Below are positions 1 to 8,697 of a DNA stretch of 62,600 nucleotides, in pieces. Position numbers and translations under genes: made by a program. Below the pieces are notes generated by a model, which did no database searches, was not told the origin of the DNA, and was given only the letters and a program-made list of their open reading frames with translations. Every line of letters begins with the position of its first letter. Position 1 is the stretch's first letter. Source of the DNA: an uncultured Syntrophales bacterium. GTDB taxonomy: Bacteria; Desulfobacterota; Syntrophia; Syntrophales; JADFWA01. The DNA lies in contig CAYVXX010000004.1 of assembly GCA_964454305.1 (NCBI GenBank), positions 1-62,600 on the forward strand, in the 5' to 3' direction.

Positions 1-267
1 TCTCCTTGAATGTATTTTGCTATTTTTATTTCCGTTTTTGAAAGCATCGTGTGTTAAGGATAAAAAGTTTAAAGTGCCTAAAGTGAGCTAAAGTGCCTAA
101 AGTTGAAGAATGCGCTTTCAGCGCAGCTTGTTTTAATTTTCCCTTGTATCACAAACAAATATTTCTTGACAATTTTTTTTCATGCGTATAAAAACTCGGA
201 GGCGGACAGGTGCTTTGCTGATAGGGGGGCGCCTAAAAAAGATCCGTAAATACGAAAGGAGGCATAA

Positions 268-633
268 ATGAAGAAAGGTGTAGTAAGTGTTATCTTAGGT
301 TTACTGTTTGTAGTGGTGTCGGCTCCGTTTGTAATAGCTGCTGATGCCTCTCCAGCGGCTGCTGTGGATTACACAAAAGCAATTGTTTTGGGTTGCACTC
401 TTCTTGCTGCCGGTTTAGCTGTCGGGTTTGGCGCTATCGGTACCGGCATAGGGATGGGTTCCGGAATCCAGGGTGCTACCAATGCTGTTGGTAGAAATCC
501 CGAAGCCCAGGGCAAGATATTGATCACCTTAATGGTTGGTCTGGCCATGATAGAGTCTCTCTGTATCTATGCATTGGTTATTTCCCTGATATTGCTTTAC
601 GCCAATCCACTGTTGAAGCTAATTGGCGGTTAA
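268..633 (+). CDS. atpE: F0F1 ATP synthase subunit c with an N-terminal signal-like extension
   Basis: 121-aa ORF. Gly-rich helix 1 (GAIGTGIGMGSG), RNPEA loop, carboxylate in MIESLCIY, C-terminal LILLYANP. AGGAGG lies 5 nt upstream of the ATG. Confidence 0.9.
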   Translation: MKKGVVSVILGLLFVVVSAPFVIAADASPAAAVDYTKAIVLGCTLLAAGLAVGFGAIGTGIGMGSGIQGATNAVGRNPEAQGKILITLMVGLAMIESLCIYALVISLILLYANPLLKLIGG

Positions 634-654
634 TTAGATTTACGGCCTAATATG

Positions 655-700
655 AAAAAAAGAGGGGAGGCGATAATGCTGGACTTCCCCTCTTTTTTTA
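655..700 (+). terminator. Rho-independent terminator after atpE
   Basis: Stem AGAGGGGA (661-668) pairs with TCCCCTCT (686-693) and is followed by a T6 run. Confidence 0.6.
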
Positions 701-714
701 GTTAAAAACATATC

Positions 715-1737
715 ATGTTTAGTGCCTTCCTCGTCAATGATCCTTTCGGTGACCCCGGTGTATATGTAGAATCCAGATACAGAAACAGGGCAATTCTTTT
801 CGATCTTGGCGACATTCATTCACTCCCCCCCCGGAAGCTCCTCAAGATAAGTCATATTTTTGTTTCCCACACACACGTGGATCACTTTATAGGATTTGAT
901 CATATGTTGAGGGTTTTATTGGGGCGTGACAAGCATCTTTCACTTTTCGGTCCTCCAGGGTTTATTGAGAATGTGGAAAGCAAGATAGCCGGCTATACCT
1001 GGAATCTTGTTGAAAATTACACAAACGATTTTGTGCTTCTGGTGACGGAAGTACATCCCGATCATAAAATAACGAGACGCTATCACTGTCAGAATGCTTT
1101 TAAACCTGAAACGGTCAGTGACAGTGAGAGCTTTGATGGTACAATTGTAAAGGAGAGTTTCTTTACCGTTACGGGAGTTTTTCTTGATCATAAGATACCT
1201 TGTCTTGCGTATTCCCTGAAGGAAAAGAAGCGTATAAATATCAAGAGAAACAAATTGGAGGAGATGGGACTTCCCGTGGGGGCGTGGCTTGTCGATTTGA
1301 AGGACAGTATCCTGAAAGGTGACCCGGATGATACGCCGATCAGGGTATGGCGAAGGGATAACGGCAGGGAGGTTCCGGAAAAGATAGTGCCTCTCGGTGA
1401 ATTGAAGGAGACCATCGTAAAAATCACACCCGGCCAGAGGATATCGTATATAGCGGATGCTGTCTACAGCGAGGAGAATATACACAGGATAGTTGAACTG
1501 GCCCGTATGTCCGATATTATTTTTATTGAGGCGTGTTTTCTGCAGGAGGATGCGGATATGGCAGCACGTAAATATCATCTTACCGCCATGCAGGCGGGTA
1601 GTTTGGCACGAATGGCAGGGGCGAAGAAGATAGCAATATTTCACTATTCCCCGAAGTATAAAGGGTATGGAAATCTTCTGATGGAAGAGGCGATGAAAGC
1701 CTTTACACTAAACTTTTGCGATCTGGAATCCTTTTAG
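715..1737 (+). CDS. MBL-fold metallo-hydrolase (RNase Z-like)
   Basis: 340-aa ORF with the HxHxDH motif (SHTHVDHF) near the N-terminus. Confidence 0.8.
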   Translation: MFSAFLVNDPFGDPGVYVESRYRNRAILFDLGDIHSLPPRKLLKISHIFVSHTHVDHFIGFDHMLRVLLGRDKHLSLFGPPGFIENVESKIAGYTWNLVENYTNDFVLLVTEVHPDHKITRRYHCQNAFKPETVSDSESFDGTIVKESFFTVTGVFLDHKIPCLAYSLKEKKRINIKRNKLEEMGLPVGAWLVDLKDSILKGDPDDTPIRVWRRDNGREVPEKIVPLGELKETIVKITPGQRISYIADAVYSEENIHRIVELARMSDIIFIEACFLQEDADMAARKYHLTAMQAGSLARMAGAKKIAIFHYSPKYKGYGNLLMEEAMKAFTLNFCDLESF

Positions 1738-2211
1738 CTGGATGGCCACCGCCCGCTGAAGAAGGTCAATGGATACGACGAAGAGTTCCTTTTTATAGTC
1801 AATCTTAACTACAATTCCTTCAATACCTTTGAATGGGCCGTCCATTATAAGGGCGGGTTCACCTGCCTTTGGATACTGGAAATGCTGTATCTCTACCTTT
1901 GATTCAACGAGTCGCTGTATGACACCTATCTTTTCGTCCGGGACAGGTATCGGTTCATAGCTGTTCGGTTTCCCCAGTATTCTGACAACGCCGAAGGTTT
2001 TGAGAACATCCAGTTTTGTGTAATTGTCTAAGGAAAGTAATTCTGCAAACAGGTACCCTGGAAACATCGGCACCATGATCTTCTTTTTTCGGTCCTTTCT
2101 TCTACTCCATACCTCGATCTTGGGTAAAAAAACGTGAAAGGATTTTTGAAGAAGACCTAAATGTACTTTGTCTTCATGGCGACTTCTTGTATGGACTGCA
2201 TACCAGGGCAT
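1708..2211 (-). CDS. NusG-family transcription antitermination paralog (NGN + KOW)
   Basis: 167 aa. N-terminal WYAVHTRSRHE, typical of NusG/RfaH/UpxY-like NGN domains. C-terminal KOW-like GPFKGIEGIVV. Confidence 0.75.
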   Translation of the reverse strand: MPWYAVHTRSRHEDKVHLGLLQKSFHVFLPKIEVWSRRKDRKKKIMVPMFPGYLFAELLSLDNYTKLDVLKTFGVVRILGKPNSYEPIPVPDEKIGVIQRLVESKVEIQHFQYPKAGEPALIMDGPFKGIEGIVVKIDYKKELFVVSIDLLQRAVAIQLKGFQIAKV

Positions 2212-2216
2212 ATGAA

Positions 2217-3302
2217 TTATTCTATCCTCGCATCAATGATAACATCATCCCCTTTTTTGAAAACTTTTCTTGAGGATAGCTTGATTGCATCGTCCATTCT
2301 TTTTATTCCCAGGTTACCTACAGCGGGAGTTCCTGTTCCGATTATCTTTGGAGCCGTGATTATCACAACCCTGTCGGCTATTTTTTCTTTCAAAAAGGAG
2401 GTAATAATTTCGGAACCCCCTTCTACCAGAACAGAAGAGATTTCTTTCTTCCCGAGTTCTGTTAAGAGTTTTTTCAGGTCGACATGCTTCTGATTCTCGC
2501 TGTTGATGATAAGAGTTTCTATTCCCGAATCTGTTAGATGCCTTAAATTTTCCTTGTTGCAGTATTGGGTGGTTGCGATAATTGTCTTTGCGTTCTCCTG
2601 GTTCTTCAGTACACGTGCGTTTGCCTGTATGCGAAGCGTTGAGTCGACCACAATCCGAAGCGGGTTTTTGCCCCGCGCGTGGCGTACGGTAAGTTCCGGG
2701 TCATCCGTGAGAATTGTTCCTGCGCCGACCATGATACCGTCGTGCATACTCCTTAGTCTGTGGGCAAACGTAAGGGAAGGGACCGAGCTGATCCACCTTG
2801 AATGTCCGGTTGACGTAGCGATTCTCCCGTCGATGGTCTGGGCAAATTTTAATGTGATGAACGGTGTCTTCGTCCGTATAAATTTAAAAAATATTTCATT
2901 GAGCTTCCGGCATTCCTCTTCAAGTATTCCGACATCTGTTTCTATCCCGTGATGCTTGAGGATGTCTATTCCTCTGCCGGAGACCAGCGGGTTGGGATCG
3001 GCAGTCCCGATAACGATCCTTGAAGGATTGACCTTGATGATCGTGTCCGTGCATGGAGGAGTCTTTCCGTGATGGCTGCATGGTTCCAGTGTTACATAAA
3101 AGGTTGTGCCTTGAATAGTTTCTGAAGCGCTGTTTATGGCATTGATTTCGGCGTGGTTCCCTCCGAATTCCTTATGATACCCTTCGCCAATAATCCTGTC
3201 GTCTTTCACTATGACCGCACCCACCATCGGATTGGGGCTTACACGGCCTTCTCCCTTTCTGGCAAGTTTCAGGGCTTTTTTCATGTAGAATTCGTCCGTC
3301 AA
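2217..3302 (-). CDS. ribD: Bifunctional riboflavin biosynthesis deaminase/reductase
   Basis: 361 aa. Zn-deaminase motifs HAE and PCxxxxxxPPC (TLEPCSHHGKTPPC), plus a C-terminal reductase domain. Confidence 0.93.
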   Translation of the reverse strand: MTDEFYMKKALKLARKGEGRVSPNPMVGAVIVKDDRIIGEGYHKEFGGNHAEINAINSASETIQGTTFYVTLEPCSHHGKTPPCTDTIIKVNPSRIVIGTADPNPLVSGRGIDILKHHGIETDVGILEEECRKLNEIFFKFIRTKTPFITLKFAQTIDGRIATSTGHSRWISSVPSLTFAHRLRSMHDGIMVGAGTILTDDPELTVRHARGKNPLRIVVDSTLRIQANARVLKNQENAKTIIATTQYCNKENLRHLTDSGIETLIINSENQKHVDLKKLLTELGKKEISSVLVEGGSEIITSFLKEKIADRVVIITAPKIIGTGTPAVGNLGIKRMDDAIKLSSRKVFKKGDDVIIDARIE

Positions 3303-3459
3303 GATTCGATTCCTTTCTTTATCATTTTTAAATATCAGAGACTAACTTAAATATCAGAGACTAACTTTTGAATCAATGGCAAATATCAGACAATTGTTGT
3401 TAAGGGATGAGAAAGTATGATATAAAAACCAAGCTTGCTTATAATGAAAGGAGAGCATA

Positions 3460-4188
3460 ATGAAAGGTGTTGTTTTGGCAGGTGGTCTGGGGAGCAGGAT
3501 GCATCCACTGACAAAAGTTACCAATAAACATCTTCTCCCGGTATACAGGGAACCGATGATCTATTATCCGATCAGGACTCTGGTTAATGCCGGTGTAGAT
3601 GAGATATTGATAGTAACCGGTGGGAATAACGCCGGTGATTTTCTTAAACTCCTGGGTAACGGCAAGGAGTTTGGCCTTAAACACATAAATTACACATACC
3701 AGGAAGGGGAGGGAGGAATAGCGGCAGCCCTGAGCCTCGCGGAATTCTTTGCGGATAACGGGAAAATCATCGTTGTTCTTGGCGACAATATTATTGAGAA
3801 TAATATCAAAAAAGCGGTTGAGGCTTTCAAAGAACAACAGGAAGGGGCCAGGATAATGCTGAAAAAGGTTCCTGATCCTCAGCGGTTCGGGGTGCCTGTT
3901 TTTGATGGGGACAGGATTGTCGGCATCGAGGAAAAGCCGTCGGTTCCAAAATCTTTTTATGCCGTTATTGGTATTTATATGTATGACACCAGGGTCTTCG
4001 ATTTTATAAAGACGCTTAAGCCATCGGAGAGGGGAGAGCTGGAAATTACAGATGTTAACAACTTCTATATCGGGGAAGGAAAGATGAAGTGGGATGTCCT
4101 CGATGGCTGGTGGAGTGACGCCGGGACATTCGAATCTCTTCAATATGCGGGGAATATGGTGTCTAAAACGGGGGCAAACAAAATATGA
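3460..4188 (+). CDS. Sugar-phosphate nucleotidyltransferase (glucose-1-phosphate thymidylyltransferase-like, short form)
   Basis: 242 aa. N-terminal GVVLAGGLGSRMHPLT nucleotidyltransferase signature. Confidence 0.8.
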   Translation: MKGVVLAGGLGSRMHPLTKVTNKHLLPVYREPMIYYPIRTLVNAGVDEILIVTGGNNAGDFLKLLGNGKEFGLKHINYTYQEGEGGIAAALSLAEFFADNGKIIVVLGDNIIENNIKKAVEAFKEQQEGARIMLKKVPDPQRFGVPVFDGDRIVGIEEKPSVPKSFYAVIGIYMYDTRVFDFIKTLKPSERGELEITDVNNFYIGEGKMKWDVLDGWWSDAGTFESLQYAGNMVSKTGANKI

Positions 4189-4640
4189 TTGAAGGTGTGA
4201 TGATTAAGAAATTGAAAGTGATACCGGATGAACGGGGGAGGTTGATGGAAATACTCCGCCGGGACGACGAGATGTTCGTTGGATTTGGCCAGGTGTATAT
4301 GACAACTGCCAATCCCGGTGTCGTGAAGGGGTGGCATTATCATAAAAAACAGTATGACAACATGACGGTTGTCAAGGGTATGATGAAGATCGTCTTGTAC
4401 GATAGCCGCGATAATTCCAGTACCTATGGTGAAATAAATGAATTCTTTGTCGGGGAGCACAATCCTTTGCTTGTTCATATCCCGCCATATGTGTATCACG
4501 GCTTTAAGTGTGTTTCTATTGAGGAAGCCATTGCGGTTAATACTCCAACAGAGGTTTACAATTATGATGAACCGGATGAATTCAGGGTAGACCCCCACAA
4601 CAATGATATTCCATACGACTGGAACAGAAAAGACGGATAA
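4185..4640 (+). CDS. RmlC-like cupin (dTDP-sugar epimerase/isomerase-like)
   Basis: 151 aa. Small cupin with KGWHYH, analogous to RmlC RGLHYQ. Overlaps the upstream nucleotidyltransferase gene by 4 nt. Confidence 0.65.
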   Translation: MIEGVMIKKLKVIPDERGRLMEILRRDDEMFVGFGQVYMTTANPGVVKGWHYHKKQYDNMTVVKGMMKIVLYDSRDNSSTYGEINEFFVGEHNPLLVHIPPYVYHGFKCVSIEEAIAVNTPTEVYNYDEPDEFRVDPHNNDIPYDWNRKDG

Positions 4641-4656
4641 AAAGAGAGGGGAAATC

Positions 4657-5340
4657 ATGGCCCCTGAGAAAATTTTAAAAGAAATCAACTTGTTTAAATC
4701 TATTGGAGAGGATTATCGTAAGTGTTTGAGCAGCGCGCTGAGGCGGCGATCTTTGAAAAAGGGGGAAGTGCTTTTTCGTAAGGGTGATGAAGGGAATGTA
4801 CTCTATATCGTTAGAAAGGGCAGCATAAAGATTGTACTCCCTTCCGAGATGGGGGATGAGGTTGTTCTGGCGGTCTTTTCTTCAGGGGATTTCTTTGGAG
4901 AAATGGCTCTTATGGACGGGATGCCGCGTTCGGCTGATGCTGTAGCACTCGAGCCATCTGAGTTACTTGCTCTGAATAGAAGTGATTTTATCACATTCCT
5001 GGGGAATAATGGAGAAGCGATGCAGGCGATCCTTTCCCATCTTTCAATGCGTTTGCGCAAGACTGATGATTCTTTAGAAGATGCTTATTTTCTCAATATC
5101 TCCTCCAGATTTGCGAAAAAAATCGTTGAATTGGCCAAAACGTATGGCAATCGGGAGGGAGATGTCATACAGATTGGCTTGCGTCTGAGCCAGAAGGATC
5201 TTGCCGGCATGATAGGCGCTACCAGAGAAAGCGTTAACAAGGAACTGAGGGTGTTGCGTGAAAAGGGGCTGATCAGCACTGAAAAGGGCACCATCTGTAT
5301 TCTTGACCTGGCGCGTCTCGAAAGACGCGCCAAACTGTAA
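4657..5340 (+). CDS. Crp/Fnr-family transcriptional regulator
   Basis: cNMP-binding domain (FGEMALMDGMPRSADAVA) plus C-terminal HTH (IGATRESVNKELRVLREKGLI). Start moved to the internal ATG at 4657 (MAPEKILKE). Confidence 0.9.
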   Translation: MAPEKILKEINLFKSIGEDYRKCLSSALRRRSLKKGEVLFRKGDEGNVLYIVRKGSIKIVLPSEMGDEVVLAVFSSGDFFGEMALMDGMPRSADAVALEPSELLALNRSDFITFLGNNGEAMQAILSHLSMRLRKTDDSLEDAYFLNISSRFAKKIVELAKTYGNREGDVIQIGLRLSQKDLAGMIGATRESVNKELRVLREKGLISTEKGTICILDLARLERRAKL

Positions 5341-5380
5341 TGAAACTTTACAGGATCATCAAAAATGGTATTTGATGTTG

Positions 5381-5396
5381 TGTGAAATATTTCACA
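5381..5396. promoter_or_regulatory. Perfect CRP-type palindrome TGTGAAATATTTCACA
   Basis: Exact TGTGA-N6-TCACA, extended to the 18-bp perfect palindrome GTGTGAAATATTTCACAC (5380-5397). It lies 41 bp after the crp-like stop and 114 bp before the fis-like start. Confidence 0.6.
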
Positions 5397-5509
5397 CCAA
5401 AAGCATGAAACACTTCATTGCATTCGTTCCCGGTCTTTTGTAATATAAATCAACCTGATGTTGCTTTAAATCCTGTTCAATTTTACTTGAAACAATATAG
5501 AGAATAATC

Positions 5510-5785
5510 ATGGATAAAAGAATTCAGGCGTCTTCATTACCATTAGAAGATATTATTGGGGAGGAACTCGAAGATATCGTCACCCTGCTCTGTTCGACCG
5601 GTACAGAGAAGAGCAGATTGTACGAGGATATATTATCTATGGTAGAAAGGGGTATGATTAAGATTGCCTTGAAACGTTCCGGTAACGTGAAGATCACTAC
5701 TGCAGATTTTCTCGGGATAAACAGAAATACTCTCCACAAGAAGATTGACAAACTCGGGATCGACTGCCGGAAAATCCGAAAATGA
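5510..5785 (+). CDS. Fis-type HTH DNA-binding protein
   Basis: 91 aa. C-terminal Fis-family HTH (AADFLGINRNTLHKKIDKLGI). Confidence 0.75.
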   Translation: MDKRIQASSLPLEDIIGEELEDIVTLLCSTGTEKSRLYEDILSMVERGMIKIALKRSGNVKITTADFLGINRNTLHKKIDKLGIDCRKIRK

Positions 5786-5806
5786 GTAATCAGGAAGGTA
5801 GCATTT

Positions 5807-6586
5807 TTGAGAGGACATCTTGTGAGTATCTTTTTTATGGTTTTGGGTGCCTGTGTTGGAAGTTTTTTGAATGTATGTATATGTCGAATTTCTGAAGGAA
5901 AATCTATTATATTTCCTAAATCCTTCTGTCCAAACTGTTTGCATCCGATCAGGTTTTATGACAATATACCGATAATAAGTTATCTTGTTTTGAGGGGGAG
6001 GTGCAGGGATTGTCACAAAAAAATTTCATATCGCTATCCTGTGGTTGAGCTGATAACTGCCCTGTTGTCGTTGTTTCTATTCTGGAAGTATGGTTTTTCT
6101 TTTCAATATCTCTTTGCATTCATATTCACCTGTGCCCTTATCGTTATAACATTTATAGACCTGGATCATCAGATTATTCCAGATGTAATTACACTGCCGG
6201 GGATTCCGCTCTTTTTCCTGTTAACGTTCTTTTTTATAGATGTCTCTTTTCTTGACTCCATTTTGGGGATTTTAATTGGTGGAGGGGGTTTTTATCTGAT
6301 TGCCATTGTATATCAGTTTGTAACGAAAAGAGAGGGGATTGGCGGGGGCGATATAAAGCTTATGGCGATGCTCGGGGCATTTTTGGGCTGGAAATCCCTT
6401 CTGTTTATACTTCTTGTGAGTTCCCTTCTCGGATCAATTGTAGGTATTTCCATGATGGTTGTACACGGGAAGGATTTGAAATATGCAGTTCCCTTTGGGC
6501 CATTTTTAGCTACTGCCTCTGTGGCCTATATATTCTTCGGTGATTACTTTATGAATTTTTTGATCTTGAGGCATGGTATTTATTAG
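5807..6586 (+). CDS. pilD: Prepilin peptidase / N-methyltransferase (A24 family)
   Basis: CxxC...CxxC zinc motif (CPNC, CRDC), multiple TM segments, catalytic GGGDIKLMAMLG. Confidence 0.9.
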   Translation: MRGHLVSIFFMVLGACVGSFLNVCICRISEGKSIIFPKSFCPNCLHPIRFYDNIPIISYLVLRGRCRDCHKKISYRYPVVELITALLSLFLFWKYGFSFQYLFAFIFTCALIVITFIDLDHQIIPDVITLPGIPLFFLLTFFFIDVSFLDSILGILIGGGGFYLIAIVYQFVTKREGIGGGDIKLMAMLGAFLGWKSLLFILLVSSLLGSIVGISMMVVHGKDLKYAVPFGPFLATASVAYIFFGDYFMNFLILRHGIY

Positions 6587-6593
6587 GTATAAT

Positions 6594-7079
6594 ATGAAAA
6601 AAATCACTGAAAAGGGCTTCACTCTCGTGGAGCTCATGATAACAGTTGCAATTATAGGGATTATGACGCTTATTGCGGTGCCGGCCTTTCAACGACACGC
6701 CATAAACGCAAATCTGAAATCTGCTGCAAGGGATATCGCGTCTGATTTTCTGTTGCTGAAGGGAAGGGCGGTATCTGAAAATACCGAATACCAGATAGAT
6801 TTTGACGCAACAAATGACAATTACGAAATTAAAAGGTGGGATACCGGTACCTCTGTCTTTGTGTCTCTTGCCCCTGCTCAGGTTAAAGGCGTAAAGAACT
6901 TTGGGGAGGATATAAATATTACAAGTGCGGTTTTTGGGGCTGGTAATAAAGCTACTTTTAAAACAAGAGGAACTGTTACGCCCCTGGGGACTGTGCAACT
7001 GACAAACAGCAGAAATTCCACTGCAACTATAACCGTAAACATTACAGGAAGGACCTATGTCAGTTTTATCATGCAATAA
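6594..7079 (+). CDS. Type IV minor pilin, GspH/FimT-like
   Basis: Prepilin leader MKKITEKG|FTLVELM with Glu+5. The start was moved downstream of the pilD stop. Confidence 0.8.
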   Translation: MKKITEKGFTLVELMITVAIIGIMTLIAVPAFQRHAINANLKSAARDIASDFLLLKGRAVSENTEYQIDFDATNDNYEIKRWDTGTSVFVSLAPAQVKGVKNFGEDINITSAVFGAGNKATFKTRGTVTPLGTVQLTNSRNSTATITVNITGRTYVSFIMQ

Positions 7080-7473
7080 AAGGGGTATAAGCCTGGTGGA
7101 GGTCGTGATTGCTATTTTTCTGACTACCTTTGGGATCCTGGCGCTTCTTTCCATGGAACCTATGTCGTGGAAAACGGCGACGAAGTCCGATCTTATGGGC
7201 AAGGCCTCGGAAATATTGCAGAGAGAACTTGAAAGCGATGAGTTGTTTATAATGAACGCAGGTAATGCTATTACTCTAAGTACAACTAATAAGACTGTCT
7301 ATGCCAGCGGTGAGTCGACACTTCAAACCGACGATACGGCATTTACTGTACAGACTACCTTTGCAGATAATGGAGATGGTTCATGGACCGTGGCTGTTAC
7401 GGTTACGGGTCCTGACAGCAAAACTGTTTCAGAAAGCATTATTGCCACGAGGCAACAGGCATACAGTCCCTGA
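7057..7473 (+). CDS. Type IV minor pilin, PilV-like
   Basis: Prepilin-type N-terminus NKRG|ISLVEVVIAIF with Glu+5. 138 aa. Confidence 0.7.
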   Translation: MSVLSCNKRGISLVEVVIAIFLTTFGILALLSMEPMSWKTATKSDLMGKASEILQRELESDELFIMNAGNAITLSTTNKTVYASGESTLQTDDTAFTVQTTFADNGDGSWTVAVTVTGPDSKTVSESIIATRQQAYSP

Positions 7474-7483
7474 TGATAGAGAA

Positions 7484-8182
7484 ATGGATATGAATAAAAG
7501 AGGATTTACCCTTGTAGAAATTTTGATTGCCTCCTCTGTCGGCTTGATCGTATTGGGTGCAATCTACGCTTCTATGAATATAGGGCAACGGTCGTCCGTC
7601 AACGTTGAGAGGAAGGTTGTTGCCCAGCAGGAAGCAAGAGCTGCCCTCGGGATTATGGCTATGGAGATCCGGATGGCGTCCTATAACCCGTGTTTTACTC
7701 CAAATAGTTTCTGGTGTAATCCTGCTAATTGTAGCACTCCCCCTGTCAGTTCAACATATAAAGGAATTCAGGAGGCGACGGCAAATTCAATAGCCGTGGA
7801 GATGGATATAGGTGGTAGTATTGTCAATCCTGTAATCGGGGATAGTTCAAATGAAATTATACGGTACAATTATGATGCGGGCAATCTGCGTATTACCCGG
7901 GAAACGAACTGCGGGGGGGCACAGCCTTTTTTAGGGGATGTAGCGGGACAGAGAGAGGTAAGGGTCGTAAATAGTACAGCGGGTATTTCACTTTTCACAT
8001 ACTATGATGTGGATGGAAATGAACTTGTTCCCGGTACGGATCTTCCAGCGGGTATTCCTCAGATCAGAAGAGTACGGATAACACTTGTTGTTGATACGGA
8101 AGAGCCGGATCCAAATTTAGGAAAAAGGAGGAGAGCGTTCTATTCAACGAACGTTATACCGAGGAATCATGCAATCGATTAA
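7484..8182 (+). CDS. Type IV minor pilin, PilW-like
   Basis: MDMNKRG|FTLVEILIASS prepilin motif. The ATG at 7484 was chosen instead of the track start at 7301, which overlaps the previous gene. Confidence 0.75.
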   Translation: MDMNKRGFTLVEILIASSVGLIVLGAIYASMNIGQRSSVNVERKVVAQQEARAALGIMAMEIRMASYNPCFTPNSFWCNPANCSTPPVSSTYKGIQEATANSIAVEMDIGGSIVNPVIGDSSNEIIRYNYDAGNLRITRETNCGGAQPFLGDVAGQREVRVVNSTAGISLFTYYDVDGNELVPGTDLPAGIPQIRRVRITLVVDTEEPDPNLGKRRRAFYSTNVIPRNHAID

Positions 8183-8675
8183 TAAACATAATGGATTAGC
8201 TGTCAACTCTGTGAATCTGTCGTCGGAAAGGGGATTTGTCCTTGTTGTGGCTGTTCTTGCCTGTATGATCCTTCTGGCGGTCGGGATTCTTGCATTAACC
8301 ATGTCCGGTCAGGATGTAAAAATAAGTGCCAGGGTTGTCGGTGAGAAAAAGGCGTTTTCCGCATGTGAGTCCGGTATGCATAAACTGATTACAACTCTTG
8401 ATCCCGGAAACCTTGCCGGTTTGGCAGTTACCGATGTTCAGGTGGATTCCTCCAATGATCCTGCCTCTCTTTATACAATCGGAACACCGTCTCATCCTTC
8501 CACCGGTCCCGGAATGCTGCCCCTGGCAGGTTATTCAATTGGCGGTGGTCAGGTATGGGGGCAGACGATATATAATGCAACGGTTACCGGGACAAACACG
8601 AATTATGGCAGCCGTGTACAGGTCAGTGTAGGCCTGGGTTATGGTCCTGTTGAGATGACTACCATTTCAAGGTAA
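8169..8675 (+). CDS. PilX-like pilus assembly protein
   Basis: SERG|FVLVVAVLACMILL hydrophobic N-terminus. Its position between the PilW-like and PilY1-like genes fits a PilX role. Confidence 0.6.
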   Translation: MQSINKHNGLAVNSVNLSSERGFVLVVAVLACMILLAVGILALTMSGQDVKISARVVGEKKAFSACESGMHKLITTLDPGNLAGLAVTDVQVDSSNDPASLYTIGTPSHPSTGPGMLPLAGYSIGGGQVWGQTIYNATVTGTNTNYGSRVQVSVGLGYGPVEMTTISR

Positions 8676-8697
8676 GATAATAAAAGAGGTTTGAAAA

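Noticed and set aside
940-1644. A long antisense ORF (234 aa) inside the MBL hydrolase gene, and similar antisense ORFs such as 3439-4143, 4140-4688, 6549-7202, 15857-16339, 30149-30712, 31763-32314, 44307-44858 and 50445-51347
   Set aside because: Each lies opposite a confidently identified gene with clear family motifs. Their translations are low-complexity or Cys/Arg-rich with no motifs. They are typical shadow ORFs.
3303-3459. An FMN riboswitch upstream of ribD
   Set aside because: I could not find the conserved RFN core (GG-rich five-way junction segments) on the minus strand. Only AT-rich sequence with 19-bp direct repeats is present.
7301-7483. The extended N-terminus of the PilW-like ORF (track start 7301)
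   Set aside because: The extension overlaps the PilV-like gene in another frame. The prepilin leader MDMNKRG|FTLVE begins at 7484.
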